From Andalucia godoyi And28 (lineage: Eukaryota > Protista > Jakobida): 44,851 nt of DNA. A program made the translations under genes and the position numbers. The notes beneath the pieces were generated by a model. The model saw only the letters and a program-made list of their open reading frames with translations. It was not told the origin of the DNA and made no database searches. How positions within the stretch are numbered: the stretch's first letter is position 1; every line of letters starts with the position of its first letter. The DNA lies in contig VRVR01000034.1 of assembly GCA_009859145.1 (NCBI GenBank), positions 69,425 through 114,275 on the forward strand, written 5' to 3'. Shown piece by piece: positions 30,906 through 41,513 of the stretch.

Positions 30906-33900
30906 ATGACGCAGGCGTCTTCTTCTTCTTCTTCTTCTTCTTCTTCTTCTTCTTCTTCTTCTTCTTCTTCTTCAGCAAGTCAAGTGTTGTGCGTGTCCCT
31001 TGTGGACAAGCCGACTGTTGTAACCGGATGTGTTGTTGGGTGTTTTCTGGAGCCTGGCCGGCCATCTGCGGTCGTCTGTCGCGAGTGTGCGCTGGAAGTC
31101 TTTTCCATCCCGGACTTGATTCAGGGCAGACAAGCATGTGCGCGATATGAGCTTCCTCTCCGGTGTGTGGACTGGATGGGTGTTGTGCGCTCACAACGAG
31201 CCAGCTTCGATGTCCTGTTCATCCTGCTGTCAGATTTCACTTGGAAAATGCTTCGGACCTCCGACAGCAGCAGCAGCAGCAGCAGTGGTAGTAGTAGTAG
31301 TAGTAGTAGTAGTTGCAATAACGGTCGACTTGTTGTCATTCATGAAGGACGGTTCGATGTGACTGCGGCTGGAAATCCAGGCAAGGAGGAGCTGTTTGAT
31401 ACTGGGTGTGCACTGTGGAAACCCGCGGGGTTCGTGCATCAGAATGAAATCTTCCTTGCGCTGACGACGTTTCGAATGGAGAGAATCCGGGTCGATGGAC
31501 TTCACTTGCGATCCACGACTGTTGAGGTGTCTGTGCTGCCGCTTGATCATGCTTCGATGAATTCTGACCCGAAAGGACTGCAAGACTTTTGCGTTCTGCC
31601 GGGGACTGACTACTTTGGCCAGACTTGCATCGCCGGAATCGTCGATCAGTGCATCGAAACCTTTGTCTTGAAGAACACGGGGCAGGGGACGTTGAAAGAA
31701 GGACCCTTCACAGTCGAAAACATCTCCAACTTATCGACCAATGCACGAGTGTTCGCAATGCCGGCGTACGAGGGATGTCCGGCCCGGTTCAAGGGCTCCG
31801 TGATTCTGCTGTCTGAAGAAGGTATTGTAGTGACGAACGACACAGACGGGTCATCTGACATGCACTGTGCTTCCCTCATTCCGGAACTCTGTGCCCTGCT
31901 TCCAGCGGAATTCACGCTGTTTTTCGTGGACTCGGACTACAGGCTGTGGATGTGGGACATGCGATCTCCAGAGTCGCCACCGAGATTAAAGTCTCAACTG
32001 GCATCGATTGTTCCCTTGCTGACTTCCTACAGGAGGAAGACAAAATGGTTTGAATCCATCTGCATGGTGGTTCCGTTGGATGCAAACCACTTGTTTTTTT
32101 GCAACAGAGCTGGTCCTTCTGCTGTCGTGAGCGTCGCAACCCAGAACGCCAGCGTCGTTCGTCGCTTTCAGAGCGCTGCGCCATTGCACGCATTTTCCTT
32201 TGCAGACGACGGTCCGCAATCGGTCATGCTGTCTCGCTCTGGAATGGTCGGCTTGGAAGCCGTTGTTTTGGAGGAGCTTGCGTCGTCCGATCCTTTTCTT
32301 GATGGTGCGTATTCGTGTTTTATCTTTGGAAAGGGCGAGTATGCGCTGTTTTCATCGAGATTCAGCTCGTTTGTTCTCAGTCTGAAAACGTTTTCCGAGG
32401 CATCCGTGTCGCTCTCTCTTGAATCGGAAACGATTTGGATGGATGACAGTCTGCAAATCACAACAAAGGAGCTGCGAGCGCATGATGTCGTTTCGTCTCC
32501 CAAGATCGTGGCGGCACAGTCCCAGATGGCTTGCGCGAACAAGATGTTCATTGTATCCGTTTTCGGGAAATCACTAACTGTCTTTAGACGTTCGTCTGTT
32601 TCTATCCTGTCTTCTCTAGAGTTTGCCTCAGACATCTGTGGTCTGTCCGTTGATGACGAGGATTTGCTGGTTGTCACCTTCTGGGACTTTTCTGTTCTGC
32701 TATATTCGCTTGCGAACCTATCTCGAAACAGGAAGGAGGCGCTCATTCGTTTTTCTTTCCACGACTTTCTTTCTGCGTCCTCCTTGTGCCTGTGTCGTTC
32801 GATTGCCGTCTTTCATTCTGCGCAGGATTCTGCGGTGACGGTGGCTTGTGGACTCCAAGACGGATCTCTGATTCACGTATCCGTAGCGTACGCCTCTGGA
32901 AACAACAAATGCGACCTTTCTAAGATTGTTGCCTATCGATTAGGACATAACCCTGTTATTCTGTGTTCATGCGCTGGTTTGAATGCTTTCATTGCATTCT
33001 GTAGAGGGGAAAATCGGATTTTCCTGGTTGATGGAAGCGGATCGATCACTCGCTTGTCCGCACCCAGTTTGAAGCACATTACGCATTTGAGCTATGCGGA
33101 GGTCGCACAGTTCTCCGAAAAGGCGTTTGTAGTACTCGATGCAGCAGCTGACCGTCGCCTCCGTCTCTCTGTGCATTCGGCGCCCATTTCGACTCTGCCG
33201 TCGTTTTGCTGGACTATTCCTGAACAATATGTCGACTCCGCCAAGTATTGGTTTGTAACGCGCCTCGATGAATGCAAGTGTATTGTTGGAGTTCGAAAAA
33301 CCCTTTCTTCTGCGGGAAATGCGTTGTCCGATTCTGAAGAGTTGTTCGTTTTTGATGAAGTGTCCGGAGCGAAAGAATCAATGCCCTTTCCATCTAAGCT
33401 GGCTTCTGGAAACGCTTTGAATCTATCAGTGTTAGGAAAAGGGTGCTTGCTGGCTTTGTTTTCGCGTAGCGGGCTGCTGTTTGCGGTTTCTCGATCCGAA
33501 AAAGGAGCACTCGTCGTCGAGATGATCGGGTCCTTTCAGGCTACCCAGCTGGAGAGCGGTCCTTCGCATCCGGACGAGGATCCCTTGGAGTTTGTTTCGA
33601 CTGCTTCTGTTTTGTCGAATCCGTATCACATTGCACTTGCGGTGCGCGATCAGTTGTTTGTTGTCAATGTGGAACCTCTTGTTAGAGGTTCTGGGAATGT
33701 GTCCGTCGTGGCGAAAGTCGAATTGCCGTTTGGACAAGGTGGTTACCGAGTCGCATCGTTCGGTAATCGCATTGCCGTTGCGCTGCTGTTCGACGAGTTG
33801 CAGATCTTCGAGTTGGCATCCAGGGGAGACGAATTCTTGTTGACACCTCTGTGCCGCCATCGCCTCGCGTCGCCAATTTCTGCAATCTTGTGGCTTTCGT

Positions 33901-34403
33901 CGGACCAGCTGTTGATTGCAGACCACTCCTTTGACGTCGCAGTCGTTGCACTGGAACAGAATAGCCTCGCAAGCACTCCAGTGGCTGGTGAGATTGTGCA
34001 GGATTCGTTTTCCTTGCTGTGGCGAGAGCTTCTCCATGAAGAGCAGGGTGTTGGTGTTGCGACGGACGATGATATTCGCTGGGAACTGTTGCAGCGTACT
34101 GCCATGCCCCTCAAAACGTCGGTTCTTGCTAAAACACACTGCGGATTGTTGGTCAACTGGCTGTCCTTTGGGCCGTCCAAAATGGGTGTGCAGCCTCTTT
34201 GTACTTATTCGATCGCGTCTGGGAGTATTCATGAAGACGATCCGCAATTGCACCATCCGATTGTCTATGGAACCACGTCGTGCGGCAGTGTTGTGCAGTT
34301 CGACATTGCAAGTGCGGCGTCGGATGCTGTTTTGAAATGGACAAAATCGGTAGCGAAAGACGATGTGCTCTGCTGCGTTGTCGAGAGAAAGAACAAATTT
34401 TAA
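30906..34403 (+). CDS. Divergent DDB1-like triple beta-propeller protein (1165 aa) with N-terminal poly-Ser
   Basis: KPTVVTGCVVGCF (DDB1 KPTAVNGCVTGHF), DVLFILL (DLLFILT), GLQDGSL (ALGDGAL), LGHNPVIL (LGTQPTVL), HCGLLVN (HLGEFVN), IVYGTT (VLFGTV). (TCT)n encodes S19 at 30918-30974. Confidence 0.7.
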   Translation: MTQASSSSSSSSSSSSSSSSSSSASQVLCVSLVDKPTVVTGCVVGCFLEPGRPSAVVCRECALEVFSIPDLIQGRQACARYELPLRCVDWMGVVRSQRASFDVLFILLSDFTWKMLRTSDSSSSSSSGSSSSSSSSCNNGRLVVIHEGRFDVTAAGNPGKEELFDTGCALWKPAGFVHQNEIFLALTTFRMERIRVDGLHLRSTTVEVSVLPLDHASMNSDPKGLQDFCVLPGTDYFGQTCIAGIVDQCIETFVLKNTGQGTLKEGPFTVENISNLSTNARVFAMPAYEGCPARFKGSVILLSEEGIVVTNDTDGSSDMHCASLIPELCALLPAEFTLFFVDSDYRLWMWDMRSPESPPRLKSQLASIVPLLTSYRRKTKWFESICMVVPLDANHLFFCNRAGPSAVVSVATQNASVVRRFQSAAPLHAFSFADDGPQSVMLSRSGMVGLEAVVLEELASSDPFLDGAYSCFIFGKGEYALFSSRFSSFVLSLKTFSEASVSLSLESETIWMDDSLQITTKELRAHDVVSSPKIVAAQSQMACANKMFIVSVFGKSLTVFRRSSVSILSSLEFASDICGLSVDDEDLLVVTFWDFSVLLYSLANLSRNRKEALIRFSFHDFLSASSLCLCRSIAVFHSAQDSAVTVACGLQDGSLIHVSVAYASGNNKCDLSKIVAYRLGHNPVILCSCAGLNAFIAFCRGENRIFLVDGSGSITRLSAPSLKHITHLSYAEVAQFSEKAFVVLDAAADRRLRLSVHSAPISTLPSFCWTIPEQYVDSAKYWFVTRLDECKCIVGVRKTLSSAGNALSDSEELFVFDEVSGAKESMPFPSKLASGNALNLSVLGKGCLLALFSRSGLLFAVSRSEKGALVVEMIGSFQATQLESGPSHPDEDPLEFVSTASVLSNPYHIALAVRDQLFVVNVEPLVRGSGNVSVVAKVELPFGQGGYRVASFGNRIAVALLFDELQIFELASRGDEFLLTPLCRHRLASPISAILWLSSDQLLIADHSFDVAVVALEQNSLASTPVAGEIVQDSFSLLWRELLHEEQGVGVATDDDIRWELLQRTAMPLKTSVLAKTHCGLLVNWLSFGPSKMGVQPLCTYSIASGSIHEDDPQLHHPIVYGTTSCGSVVQFDIASAASDAVLKWTKSVAKDDVLCCVVERKNKF

Positions 34404-34512
34404 TAACAACAGCAACAGCAGCAACAACAACAACAATAATAATAATAATGCTGTTATCGTTATTATTTATTGTCGTTATTATTTCTTTATTTTCTAACGC
34501 AGGAATATAGTG

Positions 34513-37143
34513 CTATTCCGATTTGTACACACGCAGCTTAGAATCGTACGACGCACTGACAGCGACAGGGCTTTGCGGATGAAAAGCGCAGCATGACACC
34601 GAATCAAGTGCCCCGGCAAGCTTGCTCACCATCCTGCCAGTTCTCCTATCATACATGTACGCAGAATTATCTTCACTTCCTGTCGCGACAAAACGCATGC
34701 AAGGAGAGAATCCAACATGAACAGGCAGTGACCGGCATTGGTGTGAACCAGAAAAAGATTGGACGCATCTTGCAGATCGTAAATCCCACAATTTGATGAC
34801 ATTGTCCATGGAAGAGGTCAGAAACAAATCAAAATCCTCAAACGCTGTATTTCCGAACTGATTCGAATCGCAAAGTCCAATGGAATGGATACTGCGGCCG
34901 TGCGCATCTGGAATGGAAAGGACAGCAGCATTGGTGGATCCAGAACCGGAAGAACGGGTGACATCAAAAATCTCTATGGCCCTCGCGGAGGTGGCAGAAA
35001 ACAGGATTGGGGAAATGAAACCATTCATGCATCCGAAAGCAGACACTTGCTGGGCACCAGACGATTGAAAGACATCCACCGCTTTGTATCGATTTTGTGT
35101 CAACTGTCGATTGAGATCAGACTTTGGCTCTTCTTCCGCGACATACTTGTAGATTTGGATCTTGTTGGAGAATGTCAACGCAATGAACCGATCCTGCGCA
35201 TAAAATTGAGCATTCCTCACATCGGAGGGCAGATTTGGGTTGGATTTCAGTGACGAACTTGACGAAGAGGTTGCGGGCTTTGCCGTGCCCAGAGTTCGAT
35301 CGACAATCAATATTGGCTCCTTTTTCGACGTCGACCAGATGCGCGACGATCCGTCGTTTGCGCTGGAAATGAACAATCGGCTTGACAAGGACCATCGAAC
35401 GTCCGACACTGAGTTCTTGTGGCTCGCAAAAGATAGGAAGGTCTTGTCCTTTGGCTTTCCTTGAGAAGAAAATCGAACCATGGACAATGTTTGATCTCCG
35501 GAAGCTGTGACTAACCGCTTGCCGTCTGGAGAAAACCGGCACATGAATATGGGTCCATTGTGCAACGGCCCAGATCCAATCATGGCGGTTGCATCAGCAT
35601 CCATCGCAGAGATGCAGGCTCCATCAACCGGATACGTGGCGAGATCCACAGAATCCTCTGTGCTATCCAACTTCGAGGCACAATGCAATTTCTTTGAGGA
35701 CTGGCTCTTTGGTCTCCAAGGCACATCCTTACCGTAGCCAGTACTTCGTATCTTCGAATGAAAGACAATGGGCTTGTTTTTCGAGGGGAACACAACTCTT
35801 TTCGGTCCCTTTTGGGAGGATTCTTTTTCTTTTTCGTCAGCGGATTTGAACGAGGAAATGAAATGGTCTGGGAACGAATGCGGGGAATGAACAGACAGCG
35901 CATCGGAGCGCTCAACGATGTCGATTGGCGATTCCTGCACCAGGGGCAATGGACTTGCACGCGGCCTCAACAAAAATACGTTTGCCTGGTACGCTTCACT
36001 TACGAACCACTGCGGCGACGCAGCTTGGGATCCAATGTGACAAACACACCCTGCCAAAAAATCAGTCGAGGAGAACGCGGAAGGAAAAGAAACGATGTTT
36101 TCACAAGCAAGAGCTTTCATATCCACAAAGACGCCATAAAGCGGAGTGGCTACAGCCAGATGCTGCGGCGCGACGTACTTCATGAAGAACGGAAGCAGCT
36201 GCATAAGCTTCTCTTCTTCGCTCTGGGGCTCTGCGTGTGCTGCTAACGAGCTGATAGACTCAGCCTCAATCTTCTTCATTTTTTCCATGATCTCGTCCAA
36301 TGGATTTATGGTCCTCTTCTTTGTAGAAACCACAACAAAATCGGCGTCGTCATCCCCATCACCACCATCATCAGCGGTGCTCTTCGCATCTTGCACCGCC
36401 AGTTGTTTCATTCTTCTGAGGAATTTGGAAATGTCAACGACGCTTATCAGCTGTGCAGACACTCTAGATTCTGCGGATCCTCCCTGCTCGACGATATCGT
36501 ACGTTCTGATACGACCATCACTTGCACCAATTGAAAACCGGTCCAACATGGGATCTACGGACAGCGACACAAAGGGATGTGCGGCACTTTCAACACCAGA
36601 TTCAAACACCAGTGCTCGTGCGACTGAGTCCCACACCTTGTAACACCCATCTTCCGATGCAGACACTAAGAACGCTGGGTTCTTGTGGAAGAACCGAGCT
36701 GCCGAGACCACTGAAGTATGTCCTTCAAAACGCGCTCTTGGTTTCCCCGACTGGCCATCAAGAAGCAGCAAATAGTACTCGACACCAAGAACAACGTGTC
36801 TGCCATTCGGAGAGATGCAAAGAAATGAGCACTTTGGAACGGAGGGAACGTACAAATGCACAGAATCTTGGATTGAAAATCGCGGTTCAGTCAAGGAACC
36901 GATGTTCCTCCAAACCATCAGCGCATCCGCAGAAACACTCCACAGGTCGCCTTCGCTGCTGAAACACAGCGCATCAATTCGCTTCTGATGGCCACTATCA
37001 AGAACCAAAATTGGTTGCATGGAAGCGGAATCCATAATGTATATCCGAGGATTGGGATGTGCGGACAGTGCTAGCACTGTCGAGAACTCTGCAGCATTCG
37101 TTGGCACAAACCCAGTGCTAAAATGCTGCACTTGCCCATCCAT
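34513..37143 (-). CDS. WDR27: WD40-repeat protein WDR27-like (876 aa)
   Basis: Two WD40 clusters separated by a linker containing KNKPIVFHSKIRSTGY (WDR27 KNQPVTFHSKVRSSGY); C-terminal FSPCMRFVATGSEDNSAYMYD. Confidence 0.75.
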   Translation of the reverse strand: MDGQVQHFSTGFVPTNAAEFSTVLALSAHPNPRIYIMDSASMQPILVLDSGHQKRIDALCFSSEGDLWSVSADALMVWRNIGSLTEPRFSIQDSVHLYVPSVPKCSFLCISPNGRHVVLGVEYYLLLLDGQSGKPRARFEGHTSVVSAARFFHKNPAFLVSASEDGCYKVWDSVARALVFESGVESAAHPFVSLSVDPMLDRFSIGASDGRIRTYDIVEQGGSAESRVSAQLISVVDISKFLRRMKQLAVQDAKSTADDGGDGDDDADFVVVSTKKRTINPLDEIMEKMKKIEAESISSLAAHAEPQSEEEKLMQLLPFFMKYVAPQHLAVATPLYGVFVDMKALACENIVSFPSAFSSTDFLAGCVCHIGSQAASPQWFVSEAYQANVFLLRPRASPLPLVQESPIDIVERSDALSVHSPHSFPDHFISSFKSADEKEKESSQKGPKRVVFPSKNKPIVFHSKIRSTGYGKDVPWRPKSQSSKKLHCASKLDSTEDSVDLATYPVDGACISAMDADATAMIGSGPLHNGPIFMCRFSPDGKRLVTASGDQTLSMVRFSSQGKPKDKTFLSFASHKNSVSDVRWSLSSRLFISSANDGSSRIWSTSKKEPILIVDRTLGTAKPATSSSSSSLKSNPNLPSDVRNAQFYAQDRFIALTFSNKIQIYKYVAEEEPKSDLNRQLTQNRYKAVDVFQSSGAQQVSAFGCMNGFISPILFSATSARAIEIFDVTRSSGSGSTNAAVLSIPDAHGRSIHSIGLCDSNQFGNTAFEDFDLFLTSSMDNVIKLWDLRSARCVQSFSGSHQCRSLPVHVGFSPCMRFVATGSEDNSAYMYDRRTGRMVSKLAGALDSVSCCAFHPQSPVAVSASYDSKLRVYKSE

Positions 37144-37444
37144 ATTATTTAAATTTTTCCCTATCCTCGCGTCTGTTTTACATCAACGAAACAGAGAGGG
37201 CAGAGAAGGAAAGGAACGAAGCACCACGGAACAACAACCACTGACTCTGTAAATAAGCAACAATGATAATCATCATCATCATAATCATTCCCACATTCGT
37301 CCTATCGCACTCATCAAGGAGTGGAGAGGGAAAAGCTCAAGCAGAAAGCATCAAGCGTGAATGCTGCGGATCGGAGATTCTGCTACGGCGGAGAATTGTT
37401 TTTTTTTCTCCGACAAGTTTCGTCGTGTCATTATTATTTATATG

Positions 37445-37449
37445 ATTAC

Positions 37450-37490
<41 letters not shown>
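37445..37490. repeat. (ATT)n microsatellite
   Basis: Seen directly. Confidence 0.92.
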
Positions 37491-37608
37491 GGGTGTATTT
37501 TTTCCGGCTTTTCTTTTGGGGGTTTTTTTTTGTTGTTGTTGTTGTTATTGTTTTTGGTCGTTTGCTCTCTCGAGGACTGCAGAAACCTGGGGCGTATTCT
37601 TTGAGAAA

Positions 37609-38985
37609 ATGATGAAGGTCCATCGGCATGACTACGATGTGATTGTCGTCGGGGCGGGTTGTGCGGGACTGTATGCCGCGAAGAGTCTTCAGACGCTGGG
37701 ACTTTCTGTGAGAGTTCTTGAAGCGCAGGATCGATTTGGAGGTCGACTGATGCAGGATTCGTCGTTTGGGCCTTTCACAGTCGATCTCGGAGGCGAGTTT
37801 GTGCATGGGGAGATTGGTACTGTGTATGATATGTTTGAGGAAAACAGTTGGCCTTTGGCTGATGTGTACAGCTTCTCGGATACTTCGGCGTCGGAAGGGG
37901 CATTCTTCAAAGGAAAGGTCGTGGACTGGGTTGACTCGAATCCTTTGATCTCGGATATGCGAGACGCAATAGACTTTGCAAGCTCCGTTCAGCCAAAGGA
38001 CGATATTTCGCTGCACGACTTTTTTGTAGGCTGCGGTCTCCAAAAAGACAGGAACTTGTTCATGTTGACAGAAAACATCGTTGCACGGGATTGGGCCAAC
38101 GACTTGGTAAATATGGGCCTTCGCGAATATGCACGAGAAGAACTTTCGTGGCCGTATGGAGAGCGGAACTTTCGCCCAGATCAGAGTTTTGGAGTGCTGA
38201 TTAAGCATCTCGCAAAGGACGTTGACGTCCTGACCAGCTGTCCTGTGGAAATCGTAGACTATCGAAACGCAAAGCGCGTTGTGGTGCACTGCAGTCAGAG
38301 TGGCGAAAAGAAAGCCTTCTCTTCACGATTTGTAATTATTACCGTTCCAATCCCCATTTTGCGAGACGGAGATCTTCGGATGCTTCCTGCGTTGCCGAAG
38401 GTGCGGCGCGACGCATTAGATTCCATCGGCTACGGTCCTGCGATGAAGATCGTTTGCAAGTTCACAGCAGAGTTCTGGACAGACAGGCCGCATGCTGTTG
38501 TCATTACGGACCATCCGCTCATTGCACAGTACTGGTTCACAGGGCCTTCGACCCGTGTGAATAAGCACGTGGTACCCGATAAGGATGGTGCCATTTGTGT
38601 GGTCACCGCGTTCATTACGGGCTCGCAAGTTCACATGGTCAACGAAATCGGAGTTGAAAATGCTGTCACTGAGTTCCTTGCGTTACTAGACACTGCGTAT
38701 GCCGTCAACAGCACAAGGAAGAAGCCCTCGGATTTGTACGTGGGATGCATTTCGTACGACTGGACAAAGAATCCGTTCATCAAGGGCGGATATTCGTCCC
38801 CAGGCCTTGGTGCTGCAGGGGCGCGTGTCACCGTCTCGGAGCCTCTCGGAAACTGCGTGTTCTTCGCGGGTGAAGGCTTCAATACAGTGAGCTCCGCTTC
38901 CGTTCACGCGGCCGTCCAATCCGCCAGCCGAGCTGTATCGGAAATCTGCTTGCGTCTATGCCGAAGAATGCCCGGCTTTCTATAA
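37609..38985 (+). CDS. Flavin-containing amine oxidase (MAO/PAO/LSD-type family, ~458 aa)
   Basis: VIVVGAGCAGL dinucleotide fold, LEAQDRFGGR, DLGGEFVHG, conserved Lys in AMKI, W..NPFIKGGYS, FFAGE, SVHAA. First true ATG at 37609. Confidence 0.92.
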   Translation: MMKVHRHDYDVIVVGAGCAGLYAAKSLQTLGLSVRVLEAQDRFGGRLMQDSSFGPFTVDLGGEFVHGEIGTVYDMFEENSWPLADVYSFSDTSASEGAFFKGKVVDWVDSNPLISDMRDAIDFASSVQPKDDISLHDFFVGCGLQKDRNLFMLTENIVARDWANDLVNMGLREYAREELSWPYGERNFRPDQSFGVLIKHLAKDVDVLTSCPVEIVDYRNAKRVVVHCSQSGEKKAFSSRFVIITVPIPILRDGDLRMLPALPKVRRDALDSIGYGPAMKIVCKFTAEFWTDRPHAVVITDHPLIAQYWFTGPSTRVNKHVVPDKDGAICVVTAFITGSQVHMVNEIGVENAVTEFLALLDTAYAVNSTRKKPSDLYVGCISYDWTKNPFIKGGYSSPGLGAAGARVTVSEPLGNCVFFAGEGFNTVSSASVHAAVQSASRAVSEICLRLCRRMPGFL

Positions 38986-39165
38986 TCGCGATTCTTAAAC
39001 GCTATTTTTAAAACAAATTCTCATTCTCATTCACATACGCATACACATACACATGCAGATACACATGCGAACCCACACCCCATACCCGCACTCATGCGTA
39101 GGAATTCGCATTCACATTTCATACGTGTCATGAAAAGAACTGCATCATATCCTGAATGGCTCGGT

Positions 39166-40236
39166 TTACAGGCCACCCCGCCCTCTTCGTCCACCTCGTC
39201 CACCCTGCGATCCACGCCCTACACGCCCACCTCTATGGCCGCGGTCGTGTTGATGATGGCCTTGTGAGCCACCTCTATTGCCTCCGCGATGTCCGCGTCC
39301 AGCAGCATTCTGTGCGCTTTGTCCAAACACCTGCTCAGCAAATGCATCAGGATCCATCGACGCGAAGTCTGGCTGTCGTTGTTGCTGCCCACCTCGGCCG
39401 CCTCGCCCGCCTTGTGCTGAATGCGATTGCTGCTGGCCACGACCGCGACCTCCACGGCTCTGGCCATGCGACTGCGGTCTTGCAACGTTCACCTTGCGGG
39501 CACCACGCCCGCGACCGACCTGAGGGCCCCAAGGCATTCTCCCTCCCATTCTCCCCATCATAGATCCCATCATCATTTGCGCAAACATCATCTGCATCAT
39601 GTCATCCATTACATCCTCCTCCTCATCATCATCCATGTCGTAGCCGTCTGGATCAAATTCGACTTCCTCTTCGTCATCCTCGTCATAATACATGTCATCC
39701 TCATCATCCTCAAATGCATTTCCAAAGATGTATGATAGATCCTCCTCGTCGTACCAAAGATCATCATCGTCGTCATCATCATCAGCACCACCACCAGCAC
39801 CACCAGCACCACGGCCTCCTGCGTGCATAAAGTGGCGGAAGGCACCTGGCGGAACTCCACCACGATGAACACGTCCGCCGCCTCCACCAAACGCAAACTC
39901 AGCTGCAAACATACGCAACAAGTCCTCCATTCCGACCCCCGACATTCCAAAATCGTCATCGCCATCATCATCATCCCCATTTTGATGTTCCATATGTCCA
40001 AATCGGTCATACCGACTTCGCTTCTGAGCGTCAGAGAGGACTGCATAAGCCTCGGAAATCCGCTGAAACTGCAGTGTTGCTTCTTCCTTGTTGTCTGGAT
40101 TCTTGTCAGGATGCCACCGCATCGACAGTTTTCGATACGCTTTGCGAATGTCGCCCTCTTGGCACGTCTTTTCAATCCCAAGCACCTCGTAGTAGCACTG
40201 CTTCTTAGCCGATGCTGAGCGGTCGCGCTTACTCAT
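39166..40236 (-). CDS. J-domain (Hsp40) protein, 356 aa, with G/F-rich, D/E-rich, M-rich and RGG/Q-rich low-complexity tail
   Basis: YYEVLG...RKAYRKLSMRWHPDKNP...FQRISEAYAVLSD...RYDRFG; no recognisable substrate-binding beta domain. Confidence 0.93.
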   Translation of the reverse strand: MSKRDRSASAKKQCYYEVLGIEKTCQEGDIRKAYRKLSMRWHPDKNPDNKEEATLQFQRISEAYAVLSDAQKRSRYDRFGHMEHQNGDDDDGDDDFGMSGVGMEDLLRMFAAEFAFGGGGGRVHRGGVPPGAFRHFMHAGGRGAGGAGGGADDDDDDDDLWYDEEDLSYIFGNAFEDDEDDMYYDEDDEEEVEFDPDGYDMDDDEEEDVMDDMMQMMFAQMMMGSMMGRMGGRMPWGPQVGRGRGARKVNVARPQSHGQSRGGRGRGQQQSHSAQGGRGGRGGQQQRQPDFASMDPDAFAEQVFGQSAQNAAGRGHRGGNRGGSQGHHQHDRGHRGGRVGRGSQGGRGGRRGRGGL

Positions 40237-40556
40237 TCTATTGCACTAACCCCGGCTGCTCTTCTGAATATCCTATGTACTGTTACGCTGAAAAGCAGAG
40301 CAACCCGCGGGGGAAGAGCTAGGAAGAGGAAGGAAAAATGAGAAGGGAAAATATAATGAAAATCCAATCATCGAACACCGCGCTCATTCTGCGTTCTGTG
40401 TGCATTCCCAAGTCGGTGTCGACAACCATCGATCATGCACGTTTTTTATCAGATGTCTGCTGCGGAAACGTATGCTCCATTGTGTACAAAGAATATCATG
40501 GCGATTCAGTAGTAGTAAATAGCAGCATTGCAACTTGCGGTGGCTGCGTCGCAATG

Positions 40557-40587
<31 letters not shown>

Positions 40588-40615
40588 GAGGAAAAAGAAG
40601 AAGAAGAAGAAGAAA

Positions 40616-41284
40616 ATGCTGATTCAGGGGATTGCGTGGATTGTTGGAGCTCTAGCAGCTTCGCAGCTGCATTCGCTGCATAATGCACAGTTACAAAGAC
40701 CACTTCCTCCGCTCGAACTAGGGCTGTCGACAACGAAAACGAACATGAACACGAACACGAACACTGCGGGCTCAGGCGGCTTGAACGCCGTAGGGGAGAA
40801 GAACTACAAGTCGCCGTCCTCATCACCTGCATCCTCTGCGTACTTTGGAGAAAGACCGCACTACTTTTATCCGCCTTCGGATGTCGAACCGTACCGAAAG
40901 CGACCGTCATCATCTCCTTCCAGACGAAGGCATGTTGTGATTCCTTATCCAGATGATCCGCCACATACGTTTCCATCGATCAAAGTGCGACAGTTGTTTA
41001 CACGGCATCCCAAAGTAATCAGATCGGTGGATGTCCGAGACGGTCTTGCCAAGGCTCGTGTTGCCGGAACACCGTTTGTCAGTATGACTGCTGGATCACG
41101 GGCAATTCCTCTCAAAGCAATGGAAGACCGCTTTCGGTCCATCATGGAAAATGCAAAGGCGGATGGTCTGGACGTTGTGATCGGACACAGAGCCGCGACA
41201 CCGTCATCCGACCATTCCTCGACAACCATGCAGACATATGACTTCCACGGCGGTGCTGCACTTCGAAGCCCAAAGATCTTTTAG
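40616..41284 (+). CDS. Hypothetical protein (~222 aa) with hydrophobic N-terminus
   Basis: ATG at 40616 after a GAA-repeat leader; open frame to TAG 41284; no family recognised. Confidence 0.6.
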   Translation: MLIQGIAWIVGALAASQLHSLHNAQLQRPLPPLELGLSTTKTNMNTNTNTAGSGGLNAVGEKNYKSPSSSPASSAYFGERPHYFYPPSDVEPYRKRPSSSPSRRRHVVIPYPDDPPHTFPSIKVRQLFTRHPKVIRSVDVRDGLAKARVAGTPFVSMTAGSRAIPLKAMEDRFRSIMENAKADGLDVVIGHRAATPSSDHSSTTMQTYDFHGGAALRSPKIF

Positions 41285-41513
41285 AATACAAGATGTGCGC
41301 TATTACTCTGCCACGCGCATGCGTAGGCCTACCACCTTTTCGATTCTGATGCAAGACTGCACATGGATGGTCAGCAGTGCTAAGCCAGGCTTCGTGCACA
41401 ACATAGGCGTCGTCGTCCGCTGCCCTCGCCAAGTTGTTTGTTCTTGTCGTCCAGCTCAACTGCAGTCAGCATCGGCGCCCCCCTCTCAATTTTTCTGTGT
41501 TCGCCTACATTGC

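Noticed and set aside
37438-38289. 283-aa minus-strand ORF
   Set aside because: Antisense to the amine oxidase and ends in an ATT microsatellite.
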